Assembly: GCA_020353515.1 (NCBI GenBank)
Contig: CP070695.1
Location: 3,257,532 to 3,321,531, forward strand
Source of the DNA: Candidatus Heimdallarchaeota archaeon
GTDB taxonomy: Archaea > Asgardarchaeota > Heimdallarchaeia > Hodarchaeales > Hodarchaeaceae
Reading direction: 5' to 3'
Length of the DNA: 64,000 nt
The first letter of the stretch is position 1. Each line of letters opens with the position of its first letter. Positions 28,901-38,849 of the stretch are shown in pieces. The notes beneath the pieces were generated by a model, which saw only the letters and a program-made list of their open reading frames with translations, did not search any database and was not told where the DNA came from. The translations under genes were made by a program, and so were the position numbers.

Positions 28901-30556
28901 TCAAAAAACTGCTCCTTTATCAGTAGAACGAACTAATTTGCGATATTTTTTCAAAACACTTCGATTTTTAGTGATCTTTTGAGGATTAGGGGTAAATTCT
29001 TGTAATCTAGTTTTTAATACTTTCTCCTCAAGTAATACATTTAATTTTCGATCAGGAATAGAATAAGATACTACATCGTTTTCTTTAATAACTCCTATTG
29101 GCCCACCAACAGCTGCTTCAGGAGAGACATGACCGATTACTGCTCCACGAGAGCTTCCAGAAAATCTACCATCAGTAACTAATGCAACATCCACCTCCAG
29201 TCCAGAAATTAATGAGGTGATCGAATGTTGCTCTCTCATCCCTGGTCCGCCGACAGGGCCCTCGTTCCTAACAATCATTACATCTCCAGATTTAATTTTA
29301 TCCGCCCAGAGTGCATCTAATCCAGATTCTAAAGATTCGAACACTCTTGCTGGCCCTTGATATTCCATCATCTTAGATTTTACAGCTACCTGTTTAATGA
29401 CAGCGCCATCAGGAGCCATATTGCCATATAGAATAGCAATTCCTCCTTGTTTTCGGACTGGTGTTTGTAAACTGTGAATTATAGAATCTTTGATTTTCTT
29501 AAAGGGAAAGAGATCAAGATTTTCTCTGATAGTTTTCCCTGTCACGGTTATAATCTCAGTGAAGAGGTTTTGAGCAAGTTTGGACATAATAGAAGGAATC
29601 CCTCCAGAACGATCCAGATGCCAAATAGAATGTGCTCCAGCTGGTTTTAATGAACACAAAACGGGAGTTTTTTGACTAATCTCATCAAATTTTCTCAGAT
29701 TGAGATCTAATTCAAGCTCTTCTGCTAAAGCGATTAAATGAAGTACTGAGTTTAGACTTCCCCCCAAAGCCATATCAATAGTAATAGCATTCATTAATGC
29801 TTTTTCATTCATTATCTGTTTTGGTAAAAGAGGGATTCTTAATAGATTCATGATTTGTTTGCCACTATTACGGGCGATTCTCAACTTGTCTGCCATTACT
29901 CCATGACTGGTAGCACAACCTGGTAATGACATTCCCAATGCCTCCGTGATAGCAGCCATGGTATTTGCGGTACCTAGCATACTGCAGGAGCCAGCAGAAG
30001 GACAAGCCAGCTCTTCAACATGAAAAAGTTCTTGTTCGGTCATTTCTCCTTTTCGAACTTTTCCAATAAACTCTCTCATTTCTACAAGACTTATTTCTTC
30101 TCCATTATACCATCCAGGAAGCATCGGTCCACCTGTAACAATGACTGATGGAATATTAAGCCGTGCGGCAGCCATCAGATGAGCAGGGACAGTCTTATCA
30201 CATGATGGAATTAGAACCATTCCATCAAATCCATGAGCTTCAATCATTATCTCAATTGAATCAACAATGATATCTCTACTTGGTAAGGAATACTTCATTC
30301 CTTGTGTTCCCTGAGCAATTCCGTCACAGACAGCAACAGTATTAAATTCAAAAGGAATACCCCCAGACATTAATATGCCTTCTTTAACCGCTTCAGCTAT
30401 TTTGTTCAGATGTACATGTCCAGGTACAATTTCGGTAAAGGAGTTTACCACGCTGATCCATGGTCTGTCTATATCTTCCTGTCCTAAACCCATACTCTTT
30501 AATAAAGCGCGTGCGGCAGCTCTTTGAATACCATCTTTGATTTTTGTGCTTTTCAT
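28901..30556 (-). CDS. ilvD: Dihydroxy-acid / sugar-acid dehydratase (IlvD/Edd family)
   Basis: [41 protein letters not shown] and GHVSPEA; likely start at 30556 (ORF track starts at 30649). Confidence 0.9.
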   Translation of the reverse strand: MKSTKIKDGIQRAAARALLKSMGLGQEDIDRPWISVVNSFTEIVPGHVHLNKIAEAVKEGILMSGGIPFEFNTVAVCDGIAQGTQGMKYSLPSRDIIVDSIEIMIEAHGFDGMVLIPSCDKTVPAHLMAAARLNIPSVIVTGGPMLPGWYNGEEISLVEMREFIGKVRKGEMTEQELFHVEELACPSAGSCSMLGTANTMAAITEALGMSLPGCATSHGVMADKLRIARNSGKQIMNLLRIPLLPKQIMNEKALMNAITIDMALGGSLNSVLHLIALAEELELDLNLRKFDEISQKTPVLCSLKPAGAHSIWHLDRSGGIPSIMSKLAQNLFTEIITVTGKTIRENLDLFPFKKIKDSIIHSLQTPVRKQGGIAILYGNMAPDGAVIKQVAVKSKMMEYQGPARVFESLESGLDALWADKIKSGDVMIVRNEGPVGGPGMREQHSITSLISGLEVDVALVTDGRFSGSSRGAVIGHVSPEAAVGGPIGVIKENDVVSYSIPDRKLNVLLEEKVLKTRLQEFTPNPQKITKNRSVLKKYRKLVRSTDKGAVF

Positions 30557-30584
30557 AATAAGATCCATTCTCTCTAGACTTTTA

Positions 30585-31670
30585 TTATTCCATTTCGTCA
30601 GGATGTTCTTCTTTATGCGTCTTACAGGAGATATGAGCAGCCTGAGCAAATTGTTGTATTTTTTTCCCTTCCTCAGGAGTTACTTCAGGTTCGGTGTCAT
30701 TAATTATCGCTGCAATGAAGTGGTGAACAGCATTCGAAAAACTAGCTTGCCAATCAGTCTCTATATCGAAATACTCTTTCAATTCTCCATTAAGAAAACT
30801 TATTACGGGAGCTTCATTCCGTATAGTCTTCGCAGTACACTGATTTATCCAAATGTAACCGTTGTCACCCGTAAGCTCAACCCGTTCATCAGCTGCATAA
30901 TAGTTCGATGGAAATTCACAATTTCGTGAATATGTAATATCCATACTTCCATTTGTCCTTGGTGTTTTATACTTCCAGATGAATTTTGCTGGGGAATCGA
31001 TTTTAGGTTCACCATCATCTTCAACGATACCTATGGAGTCGATCCATCCATAAACGGATTCAACTTCTGATTCTATAAACCATCTAGCAATACTCCATTT
31101 ATGGTACCCGTCGTCCCAACATATCGGCCCTCCTCCGCATTGATCTCGATCAAGTCTCCAAAGCCAGGCCTCTAAAGGCACTTCCCAACCACCAGTTCCT
31201 ATTCCTAATTTTATATGAATTGAAGAGACACGGCCTATTTTTCCTTCATCAATCATCGTTTTTGCTAAAATATACGGTGGATAAAAACGAAAATTCTCAA
31301 AAACCCGAAATTTTACACCTGCTTTTTTCGTGGCTGTTATCATCTCATCACATTCTTTGAGAGAATTAGCCATAGGTTTTTGTACCGAGATATGTTTTCC
31401 TGCTTCTGCTGCTTCTATAGTTAAAGGAGCATGAAGGTGGTGTGGAACTAATAACTCCACCGCGTCTATCTTATCATTTTTTAGCATCATTGAGAAATCT
31501 GAGTAGACTCTTTCCTTGGGAACATTCCATTCAGCTGCTTTTTCCTGTGCTTTGGTAGTTTCCACATCACAAAGAGCATATACAGTTGCATTAGGATTTT
31601 CTAAATAACCAGGATAATGTAAATCACTAATTCGGCCGCATCCTACTATTGCAAAGTTTAATTTCTTCAT
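30585..31670 (-). CDS. Gfo/Idh/MocA family oxidoreductase
   Basis: [22 protein letters not shown] (EKP variant) and GGG..WDDGYH. Confidence 0.92.
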   Translation of the reverse strand: MKKLNFAIVGCGRISDLHYPGYLENPNATVYALCDVETTKAQEKAAEWNVPKERVYSDFSMMLKNDKIDAVELLVPHHLHAPLTIEAAEAGKHISVQKPMANSLKECDEMITATKKAGVKFRVFENFRFYPPYILAKTMIDEGKIGRVSSIHIKLGIGTGGWEVPLEAWLWRLDRDQCGGGPICWDDGYHKWSIARWFIESEVESVYGWIDSIGIVEDDGEPKIDSPAKFIWKYKTPRTNGSMDITYSRNCEFPSNYYAADERVELTGDNGYIWINQCTAKTIRNEAPVISFLNGELKEYFDIETDWQASFSNAVHHFIAAIINDTEPEVTPEEGKKIQQFAQAAHISCKTHKEEHPDEME

Positions 31671-31751
31671 TATCCTTTATTCCTTTTAATTTTAGCTAGT
31701 ATCTAAAATATCCTGAGAGTATTTGATCATTTAAATCGTGAGATAGATAGT

Positions 31752-32510
31752 TTAATCTTTTAATTCCTTTTTAATTTCATCAACAAGAATTGATACTAGT
31801 TTTTCGATGTAAACCTCACCCTTTTCACGTGTTGCCGTTGAAGGATCTCCTAAGATACCATTTTTTGTCAGCGCAGTCATTCCTTTTTCAAAAATTAGTT
31901 GTGATTGTTCTGCTCCAATTTCTCCAACATACCCAATTTCAAATCGTTCTTTTTTAACGAGATCATTTGCTAAAGCTAACATAAAAGAGGTTTCAGATTC
32001 TCCTGCATGGGCCCCAGATTCTTCCCCCGAGACCCCAAATTCCCCTGATAATTTATGTAGAATATCCAAAAGCCCGAAAAGGTCTGTGTAACCAAATATT
32101 TTACATTCAGGATACTCGTCTTTTATCTCATCAATAGCTTCTTGTGTTGATTTAAAATTCCCACCATGACTTGGTATCAAAATTATATTCTTAAAACCAT
32201 GATGGGCAAGACTGTGTACATAATCGTGAATAACAGCTTTCAAAGTTGATTCTTTATATGAAATTGTACCAGGAAAAGCTAAATGATGACTCGAACATCC
32301 GACTCTTATTGTGGGGGCTTGTAAAGCTTTTTTTAACATGATTGCTACTTTATTAGCAAGAACATCACCGATAAGCGAATCCGTGAGGGTTGGTAAGTGA
32401 GGCCCGTGCTGTTCAATAGACCCAATGCCAAATACTACTGTTGTATACCCCTGATTAATTGTCTCCTTAATATCTTGCCAATTCATTTCCTCAATTCGTA
32501 CTGTGTTCAT
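31752..32510 (-). CDS. Creatininase family amidohydrolase
   Basis: GSIEQHGPHLP..D, SHGGN, HAGESETS and GILGDP. Confidence 0.92.
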   Translation of the reverse strand: MNTVRIEEMNWQDIKETINQGYTTVVFGIGSIEQHGPHLPTLTDSLIGDVLANKVAIMLKKALQAPTIRVGCSSHHLAFPGTISYKESTLKAVIHDYVHSLAHHGFKNIILIPSHGGNFKSTQEAIDEIKDEYPECKIFGYTDLFGLLDILHKLSGEFGVSGEESGAHAGESETSFMLALANDLVKKERFEIGYVGEIGAEQSQLIFEKGMTALTKNGILGDPSTATREKGEVYIEKLVSILVDEIKKELKD

Positions 32511-32625
32511 GACAAATCCATCCTTATTCTACTCTTTCTAGAATGATTATTAAATATCTCACGATAGAGAAGAAGATTATGAATTACAATGAAATCAGAT
32601 CACGTTTTATTTTAGGGGTAGAAAG

Positions 32626-33501
32626 ATGAGTCATAATGAGAGGTTTTCTCCAGGAGGACATTACGTAAATATTCGAGGAATTAAGCTATGGTATTATGTA
32701 CAGGGGAGTGGACCTGTTTTATTGGTACAACCAGGTGGCGCTGGTTGGGGTGGAGATGCTAGTCCCTATATTGAGACTCTCAAACCTTTTGAAAAAGTAA
32801 GAACAGTGATTTATCTTGAACCACGAGGGATTGGACGTTCACAGCGATTAACTGATCCTCATGCATATAAAATGGAAGAATATGTTAAGGATATTGAATC
32901 CCTAAGAAACTATTTTGGAGCCCCGCAAATTGCGATCGCAGGTCATAGTCATGGCGGATTTGTAGCGTTGAAATATGCCCTGCAATACCCAAAAATGGTC
33001 GAGAGTCTTCTTTTAATCGATACTAGCCCTTACATCTATTTTGGGGATTATCATAGTTGGTTATCAAAGAGAAAAGGATATAGAGAAGCATCTTCCGCGC
33101 TTAAAAAGCTTCAAAATGACGTTTCCCTTTCTGACGATGAGAAGGAAAGAGCTACGCTGAAGATTTTATTGCCAGTAATCCATTTTTATGATTTTGATAA
33201 AGTTTCAACCCAAGTCAATAATTATTTAACGAATATGGTTGTTTCAGCCAAACCCCACCAGTACTTCAATCACTATGAAGCTCCAAAATATGATCTCAGA
33301 GAATCTATCCAGCAAATTAATGCTCCCACCCTTATCATAAATGGGGATGATGACATGCCTCATATCGTATTAGGATCTAAATATCTTCACGATCATTTGT
33401 CCTTAGTAAATCATGTCGTAATCGAAAACTGTGGTCATTGGCCAATGATTGAGGCCCCTGATTCATTTTTCAGGGCAGCTATCCCCTTCTTATCACAATA
33501 A
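32626..33501 (+). CDS. Alpha/beta-hydrolase (proline iminopeptidase-like)
   Basis: RGIGRS, GHSHGG, GDDD and CGHWP. Confidence 0.88.
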   Translation: MSHNERFSPGGHYVNIRGIKLWYYVQGSGPVLLVQPGGAGWGGDASPYIETLKPFEKVRTVIYLEPRGIGRSQRLTDPHAYKMEEYVKDIESLRNYFGAPQIAIAGHSHGGFVALKYALQYPKMVESLLLIDTSPYIYFGDYHSWLSKRKGYREASSALKKLQNDVSLSDDEKERATLKILLPVIHFYDFDKVSTQVNNYLTNMVVSAKPHQYFNHYEAPKYDLRESIQQINAPTLIINGDDDMPHIVLGSKYLHDHLSLVNHVVIENCGHWPMIEAPDSFFRAAIPFLSQ

Positions 33502-33579
33502 AATTCTAAAGCTCAATATTGAAAATGCATGATTATTCTAGCTTCTCCCTAACTTAAAAACACTGTTTTTAGGTGAAAC

Positions 33580-34839
33580 GTGTTGGAAGATAGCAAACAT
33601 AGAATAGATCCATCGGGTCAAAGAATGATTGACTTTATTCAGAGAATATTTGATGAAGTGGGACCACGATTGGCTGGTTCAGAAGAAGAGATGAAAGCTG
33701 GAAACATCATTCAAGAGGAACTTTCAACTTTTTGCGATGAAGTAATCCAAGAAAAATTTTCTTGTCGTCCCGGAGGTTTCTTGGATTTCATCTGGATTAC
33801 GGCTTTATTCTATCTAGCTGGAATACTAGCATATTTTCTTATCCATCCTTTGATATCGAGTCTTCTTATTTTCCTTGCACTCGCAGTCTATATTGTCCAA
33901 TTGAACCTACTTTACGAAGTAATAGACATATTATTTCCTAAAAAAGTAGAATTTCATATTGTAGGAAAAATTAAACCTCAAAAGGAATCTCGGAATCTAG
34001 TTCTCTTATCAGGCCACCATGACTCTGCTTATGAATTCCCGTTATTGAGTAAATTAGGAGAAAAATCTGCTATTATAATAATTGCGGCAGTCGTGATTGC
34101 ATTATTAAGTATCTTTCTTGGAGTTTTAAGAACTGTTATACAAATATCTCTGGATCTATCTTCATCTCAAGTGGATCCTTTTGTATTTCTTCAGACAACC
34201 CAAAACTTGACCTTTGTCAATGTGATTGATACAATTCAAATAATAATATTCCCTATTGGAGCTATCTTAGTGATTATTTTAGCTTTTTTTCTTCGTTCAA
34301 ACAAAGTTGTTTTTGGAGCTAATGACAATCTAACCGCTGTTGCAGCCATATTAGAGTGTGGAAAATTCATCTCTCAAAATAAACTAAAATACACAGAAAT
34401 CTGGTTAATTAGTTTTGCAGGTGAAGAGCATATGAGAGGGTCAAAACGTTTTGTTTCTCAGCATTACGAGGAGCTTAAACAAAGACAGGCGCTATTATTA
34501 AACCTAGAATGTTTAAGTGCTGATAAATTCTTAGTGGCCACAGCAGAAAACATGTACTTAGCGAAACATTCACCTTTAGTGTTCGAGAAGGTTTCGCAGG
34601 CTGCCAAAAGAGTAAGAGTCCCTGTTGAGGTTGGGCCGCTTAGGTTTGCTGGATCTGATGCCGCTAACTTTTCACGTAAGGGGCTACATGCAACAACAAT
34701 ATTTGGACTATCAACTACGGGCGTTCCAGATTATTGGCACACTTTGAACGATACACCAGATAAATTATCTGGCCCGAGTATTGCAAAGGGAGCTGAAATT
34801 GTTCTTCAATTCGTATATGATGTTGATAGTTTTGGCTAG
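33580..34839 (+). CDS. M28 family metallopeptidase with inserted TM helices
   Basis: GPRLAGSEEE, GHHDS, GANDN, GEE, GSDA and WHT..D motifs; two TM hairpins. Confidence 0.88.
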   Translation: MLEDSKHRIDPSGQRMIDFIQRIFDEVGPRLAGSEEEMKAGNIIQEELSTFCDEVIQEKFSCRPGGFLDFIWITALFYLAGILAYFLIHPLISSLLIFLALAVYIVQLNLLYEVIDILFPKKVEFHIVGKIKPQKESRNLVLLSGHHDSAYEFPLLSKLGEKSAIIIIAAVVIALLSIFLGVLRTVIQISLDLSSSQVDPFVFLQTTQNLTFVNVIDTIQIIIFPIGAILVIILAFFLRSNKVVFGANDNLTAVAAILECGKFISQNKLKYTEIWLISFAGEEHMRGSKRFVSQHYEELKQRQALLLNLECLSADKFLVATAENMYLAKHSPLVFEKVSQAAKRVRVPVEVGPLRFAGSDAANFSRKGLHATTIFGLSTTGVPDYWHTLNDTPDKLSGPSIAKGAEIVLQFVYDVDSFG

Positions 34840-34910
34840 ACAGGTCAGGAGTAAAAATATCCTCCAATGCAAAAAACTTCGGAGTTTAAATTGGATTATA
34901 TTGATGTTAA

Positions 34911-35564
34911 TTGAAGAGTATGAGATATTCTACAAAGTGGTTCATTCAACTCAAAAGCCAAATTTTAGGAAACCATCATATTGGCTCTGTAGAAAATTGG
35001 AAACAGCACTTGATTTCGCTTTATATCATTCGTAAAAATGATGGAATCTGTTTATTTTCCCATCATTTCCAACTTGGATTGATATCTCAAATCGAAAACC
35101 AATTAGTAGGAATGGGATTCACTGCTCTTGCTAGGATGATGCAAGAAATCGTCGATAGCTCATCTCGGTTAAATAAGATAGATTTAGGAGAAAAAAAAGT
35201 ACTAATTGACGAACGAAAAAATCTACTAGCTGTTCTGGTCACAACACAAGATAATTCGTTTCTACATAAAAAACTCGAAGAATTGACAGATCATTTTGAG
35301 AAAATATTCGAGTTACAACAACAGATAAACCTAGAAACCTGTGTTCGACTAGAAGATTATGCACTGACCTCAGAATTAGTTTCATTAGTTTTTAAAGATC
35401 GTCCTAAACGTGTGTTGGAAATTATTCCTGTGATATTCAAATCAATCAGAAAAAACGATTCTATTTTTTCTAATCAAGAAAAAAAATTATTAAAACGACT
35501 TAATCCTGCCTATGCGAAAGAGATAGAGTCAGCTAGAGAGGTTAAGAAGACTATTATTAAATAG
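34911..35564 (+). CDS. Longin-like domain protein
   Basis: beta-beta-alpha-beta-beta-beta-alpha pattern: LISLYII..GICLFSHHF, NQLVGMGFTALARMMQEI, KIDLGEKKVLI, LLAVLVT, KKLEELTDHFEKIF. Confidence 0.7.
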   Translation: MKSMRYSTKWFIQLKSQILGNHHIGSVENWKQHLISLYIIRKNDGICLFSHHFQLGLISQIENQLVGMGFTALARMMQEIVDSSSRLNKIDLGEKKVLIDERKNLLAVLVTTQDNSFLHKKLEELTDHFEKIFELQQQINLETCVRLEDYALTSELVSLVFKDRPKRVLEIIPVIFKSIRKNDSIFSNQEKKLLKRLNPAYAKEIESAREVKKTIIK

Positions 35565-36675
35565 ATGGTGGATTAGGAAGGTCAGCAAGATCTAATGATA
35601 CTCTTATGTTATTATCACGACCTACCATTGTTTCCGCGGCTAACATTGCATTATAGATTGCTTCCTGCACCAAATCGATGGTAATTCTATAAACATCTGA
35701 AAGTAAAGGATTAAATTCATTTAACAGTCTTCCGTTAAGAAAAGGGCTTTTTTTACCATGTACAACTTTATTTTGTGTCGAGAAGGCAAGTACAAAATCT
35801 CCACTCGTGTGACTTAATATTGATCCAGTCCTAGCGATACCTAACGCTCCCCTGTGGGCTAATCTATTAAGCTGACGACTATTAAGGGGTAAGTCTGTTG
35901 CAATAATGACGATGATTGATCCCCCACCTAGTTTAGCAACCCATTCATCGTCAGCTTTTGGAAGGTATTGTTTCCGATCGAGAATTGACGCCATTTCCGT
36001 CCCATAGAAGTTAAAGTCTCTAAATCTACCAAAATTTGGTGTAACCAGTGCTCCTATATGATAAACATCATCATTACCAATTCGTGCATTAGGTACAACC
36101 CTTGAAGCGGTACCAACTCCGCTTTTCAGTTCAAAAACCTGCATTCCAGTACCAGCACCAATGTTTCCTTGCTTAATGCTAGATGATTTTGCTTGAGCAA
36201 TGGCCTCGAAGACATGCTCCTCTTTAACATGTCGCCCCTGGATGTCATTTAAGTATCCATCAAAACATTCGGTGACAATAGGTGCTACTGATCCTGTTTT
36301 CACACCTATTTCTGGATTTTCACTTATGGCGTGGCTTATTAATGCGTTAAAAACTAATCCAACATTCAAGGTATTTGTTATTGCTATCGGGGTTTCTATT
36401 ACCCCTGTTTCGAGGATTTGGGAGATACAAGTAGCTTTACCATAACCATTAGCGATAAAAACACCTGCAGGAACTTTCTCCTTAAAGACATTCCCACTGT
36501 GCGGAAGAATCATTGTTACACCTGTTCGAATTGGACCTTCTCCAGGTACTAAAGCACCTTCACCTTCAATAATGGTTTTGTTGCCAACTTTCACCCCAGG
36601 AATATCTGTTATGGCGTTTTCCTGACCTGTTTCATAACTCCCACAGGACCAACCTAAATTTCGCAGATTTATCAT
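35557..36675 (-). CDS. DmpA / S58 (P1) family aminopeptidase
   Basis: NAITDIPGVKVG, RTGVT, ITNT, ECFDGYLNDI, GSII (autocleavage site) and SGDFVLAFST. Confidence 0.93.
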   Translation of the reverse strand: MINLRNLGWSCGSYETGQENAITDIPGVKVGNKTIIEGEGALVPGEGPIRTGVTMILPHSGNVFKEKVPAGVFIANGYGKATCISQILETGVIETPIAITNTLNVGLVFNALISHAISENPEIGVKTGSVAPIVTECFDGYLNDIQGRHVKEEHVFEAIAQAKSSSIKQGNIGAGTGMQVFELKSGVGTASRVVPNARIGNDDVYHIGALVTPNFGRFRDFNFYGTEMASILDRKQYLPKADDEWVAKLGGGSIIVIIATDLPLNSRQLNRLAHRGALGIARTGSILSHTSGDFVLAFSTQNKVVHGKKSPFLNGRLLNEFNPLLSDVYRITIDLVQEAIYNAMLAAETMVGRDNNIRVSLDLADLPNPPSI

Positions 36676-36757
36676 GATTTAGGCTTGATAGTAAGCATTC
36701 TTAAAAAACAGGGGTTTTTCATTTCATTTGAAATAAGACTCTCTAACCTTTGCTATA

Positions 36758-37570
36758 ATGCCTTTGAGGATTTATGTGTTGGAAATAAAATCAATTTCGA
36801 AAAAGAATTTGGAACTGATCCGTAAATGTGTTAAATTGGCTGATACTGATTATTTTGACAACATAGTTTTACTGGGTGACCTCTTTCCTCCTTGTATTAA
36901 ACTGACAGATATTTACGGCATCTTCAATGATAATACTCTAATATCGTTTTTCACTGTTTTTAAAGGATTTAAAGTTCCCTCTGTGGTTCTTCCAAGTAAT
37001 TTATCTGGGATCGAATCATTTATTCTTTCTAATCTGGATAAAATAATACACAAAGAATTTACTTTGGTTTCATTCACTCTGAGTAGGAATAACTTGATCA
37101 ATCATTATCAAATTAAAGATGAAAGTTCTGAATATTGCATGATCACTGATCAGACTAGTTTTACACCAAAAACATCTGATCTCATCTTTAAACAGGTAAC
37201 CAAAGATAATATCAACCGTATTGATAGGTTTTATAGAGCGATTGACACTTATCCATGGAATCCTATTCAGATAGAAAGTAATTTTTATTTCTACTTTGAA
37301 AAAGATAATAAGATAATTGCTTGTGGAGGGACACACTTTGAAACTCCTGATGTGGCGCATCTAGGAAATATAATTGTGTTAGCTGAATTCCGTGGACAGT
37401 CTTTAGGGTCAGCTTTAGTTTCAACCATCACAAGCAATATCCTTAGATCTAAATCCTATGCAACTTTATTTGTTACTCAAGATAACCTTCCTGCTATTAA
37501 TCTCTATAAAAAATTAGGTTTCTTTCATCATAAACCAGTGTCAATTTTTTCTTGTAAAAGAACCTTTTAA
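36758..37570 (+). CDS. GNAT family N-acetyltransferase
   Basis: C-terminal VLAEFRGQSLG and NLPAINLYKKLGF. Confidence 0.9.
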   Translation: MPLRIYVLEIKSISKKNLELIRKCVKLADTDYFDNIVLLGDLFPPCIKLTDIYGIFNDNTLISFFTVFKGFKVPSVVLPSNLSGIESFILSNLDKIIHKEFTLVSFTLSRNNLINHYQIKDESSEYCMITDQTSFTPKTSDLIFKQVTKDNINRIDRFYRAIDTYPWNPIQIESNFYFYFEKDNKIIACGGTHFETPDVAHLGNIIVLAEFRGQSLGSALVSTITSNILRSKSYATLFVTQDNLPAINLYKKLGFFHHKPVSIFSCKRTF

Positions 37571-37764
37571 TCCCCGCTATTTTCTCTCTTTGCAGTATTT
37601 AGAATACTAGGGTCTTAAAAATAAAATAGAGATGGTTTTTACTGAATATTCAAATACCAACCCTAATATATAAACACAGATTAAAAATTACCAACTAAAT
37701 CGATTTACATGAATTTTCGATTTCATGCAACAACACCTTTACACCGCCTTTCAAGGAAATTCTA

Positions 37765-38823
37765 ATGATCATCAAGAACCTCTGGATTATTTCTAAAGTT
37801 GGTATGTGTTATTACGACTACAGTGCTCCATTTTCTGACTATCAAATAGACGAAATTTTATTTTCTGGGCTTGTGGCTGGACTTTCAACATTTGCTGAAT
37901 CTCTTAGTGTAGAAAACAAAACTATAGAATATTTAAAATTGGGAGAGGATGAACTTTATTTCGAAACGATTGATGATACTATTGTAGCTGCAATCGTGTC
38001 CGCTGGGGATGAAAAACTCCAATCGTTTTCTATCCATGTTATGCTCCAATTCATTGGAACAAAATTCGTAGATATGTATTACAAAGAAGTAGAAGATATG
38101 TTCTTCGAATGGGCTGAAATTAGAAATTCTTTTACTCAAGAAATTAAAAATTTCTTATTTGATCAAGATTTACTTGAAGATATTAAAAGAGAACAATTTC
38201 AAAATCTATTTAATGAAACAATTATGGGTAATATCCCCTTGGATCTGCTTCATTGGAGAGGAATTCAATTATTTGCTAATTCAAACCCAGATGTTTTATC
38301 AAACTCTTTGAAACTAATAGCAAATCTCCAAGATGTGGCATCTTCGTTAATTAGTGATGAACTTCTTGAAGCTAAAGTTCTAGATGTTTTACGTCGACTC
38401 TTGAAAGATTTATCTTCAAATATTTTTGATCAAGATCCTAGAAAGCTTCTACTCCTTTGCAAGGATGATGATACTTTCAAATCTTTATATAAGGTATTAT
38501 TAGCTAGAGAAATCCTTGCGATACACTGTCCAACCTTTGAGTACCTTCAAGGGGTTATTGAAACCTGGCAAGATCCGAATCCTTATGACATTCTCATCAT
38601 TGACACACAAATCTCTACAAAAGATATTCGAACCTTGCACAATATGGAAATGATTGACGATGCTAAAATTATAATGGTAGTTAATAAGATTCCTAGACCT
38701 CCCCGGGGAAGATTGGTTCAAAAAAAACCGATTTCTTTTATTGTCCAAGAAAACATCTCAGATTTCGACTTGAATACTCCTTTAGTAGATTACCTATTAA
38801 CTTGCTTAGTTCATGAGTCGTAA
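37765..38823 (+). CDS. Longin-like domain fused to a receiver-like (REC) C-terminal domain
   Basis: N-terminal IKNLWII..GMCYY..DEILFSGLVAGLSTFAESL; C-terminal KLLLLCKDDD..YDILIID..KIIMVV. Confidence 0.65.
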   Translation: MIIKNLWIISKVGMCYYDYSAPFSDYQIDEILFSGLVAGLSTFAESLSVENKTIEYLKLGEDELYFETIDDTIVAAIVSAGDEKLQSFSIHVMLQFIGTKFVDMYYKEVEDMFFEWAEIRNSFTQEIKNFLFDQDLLEDIKREQFQNLFNETIMGNIPLDLLHWRGIQLFANSNPDVLSNSLKLIANLQDVASSLISDELLEAKVLDVLRRLLKDLSSNIFDQDPRKLLLLCKDDDTFKSLYKVLLAREILAIHCPTFEYLQGVIETWQDPNPYDILIIDTQISTKDIRTLHNMEMIDDAKIIMVVNKIPRPPRGRLVQKKPISFIVQENISDFDLNTPLVDYLLTCLVHES

Positions 38824-38849
38824 ATTTTCCTTCATTTCTTCCATGAAAA

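Noticed and set aside
26780-30556. Branched-chain amino acid biosynthesis operon (ilvB-ilvD)
   Set aside because: No ilvN, ilvC or leu genes; the ThDP motifs deviate from AHAS and the neighbours are sugar-catabolic. Not fully excluded.
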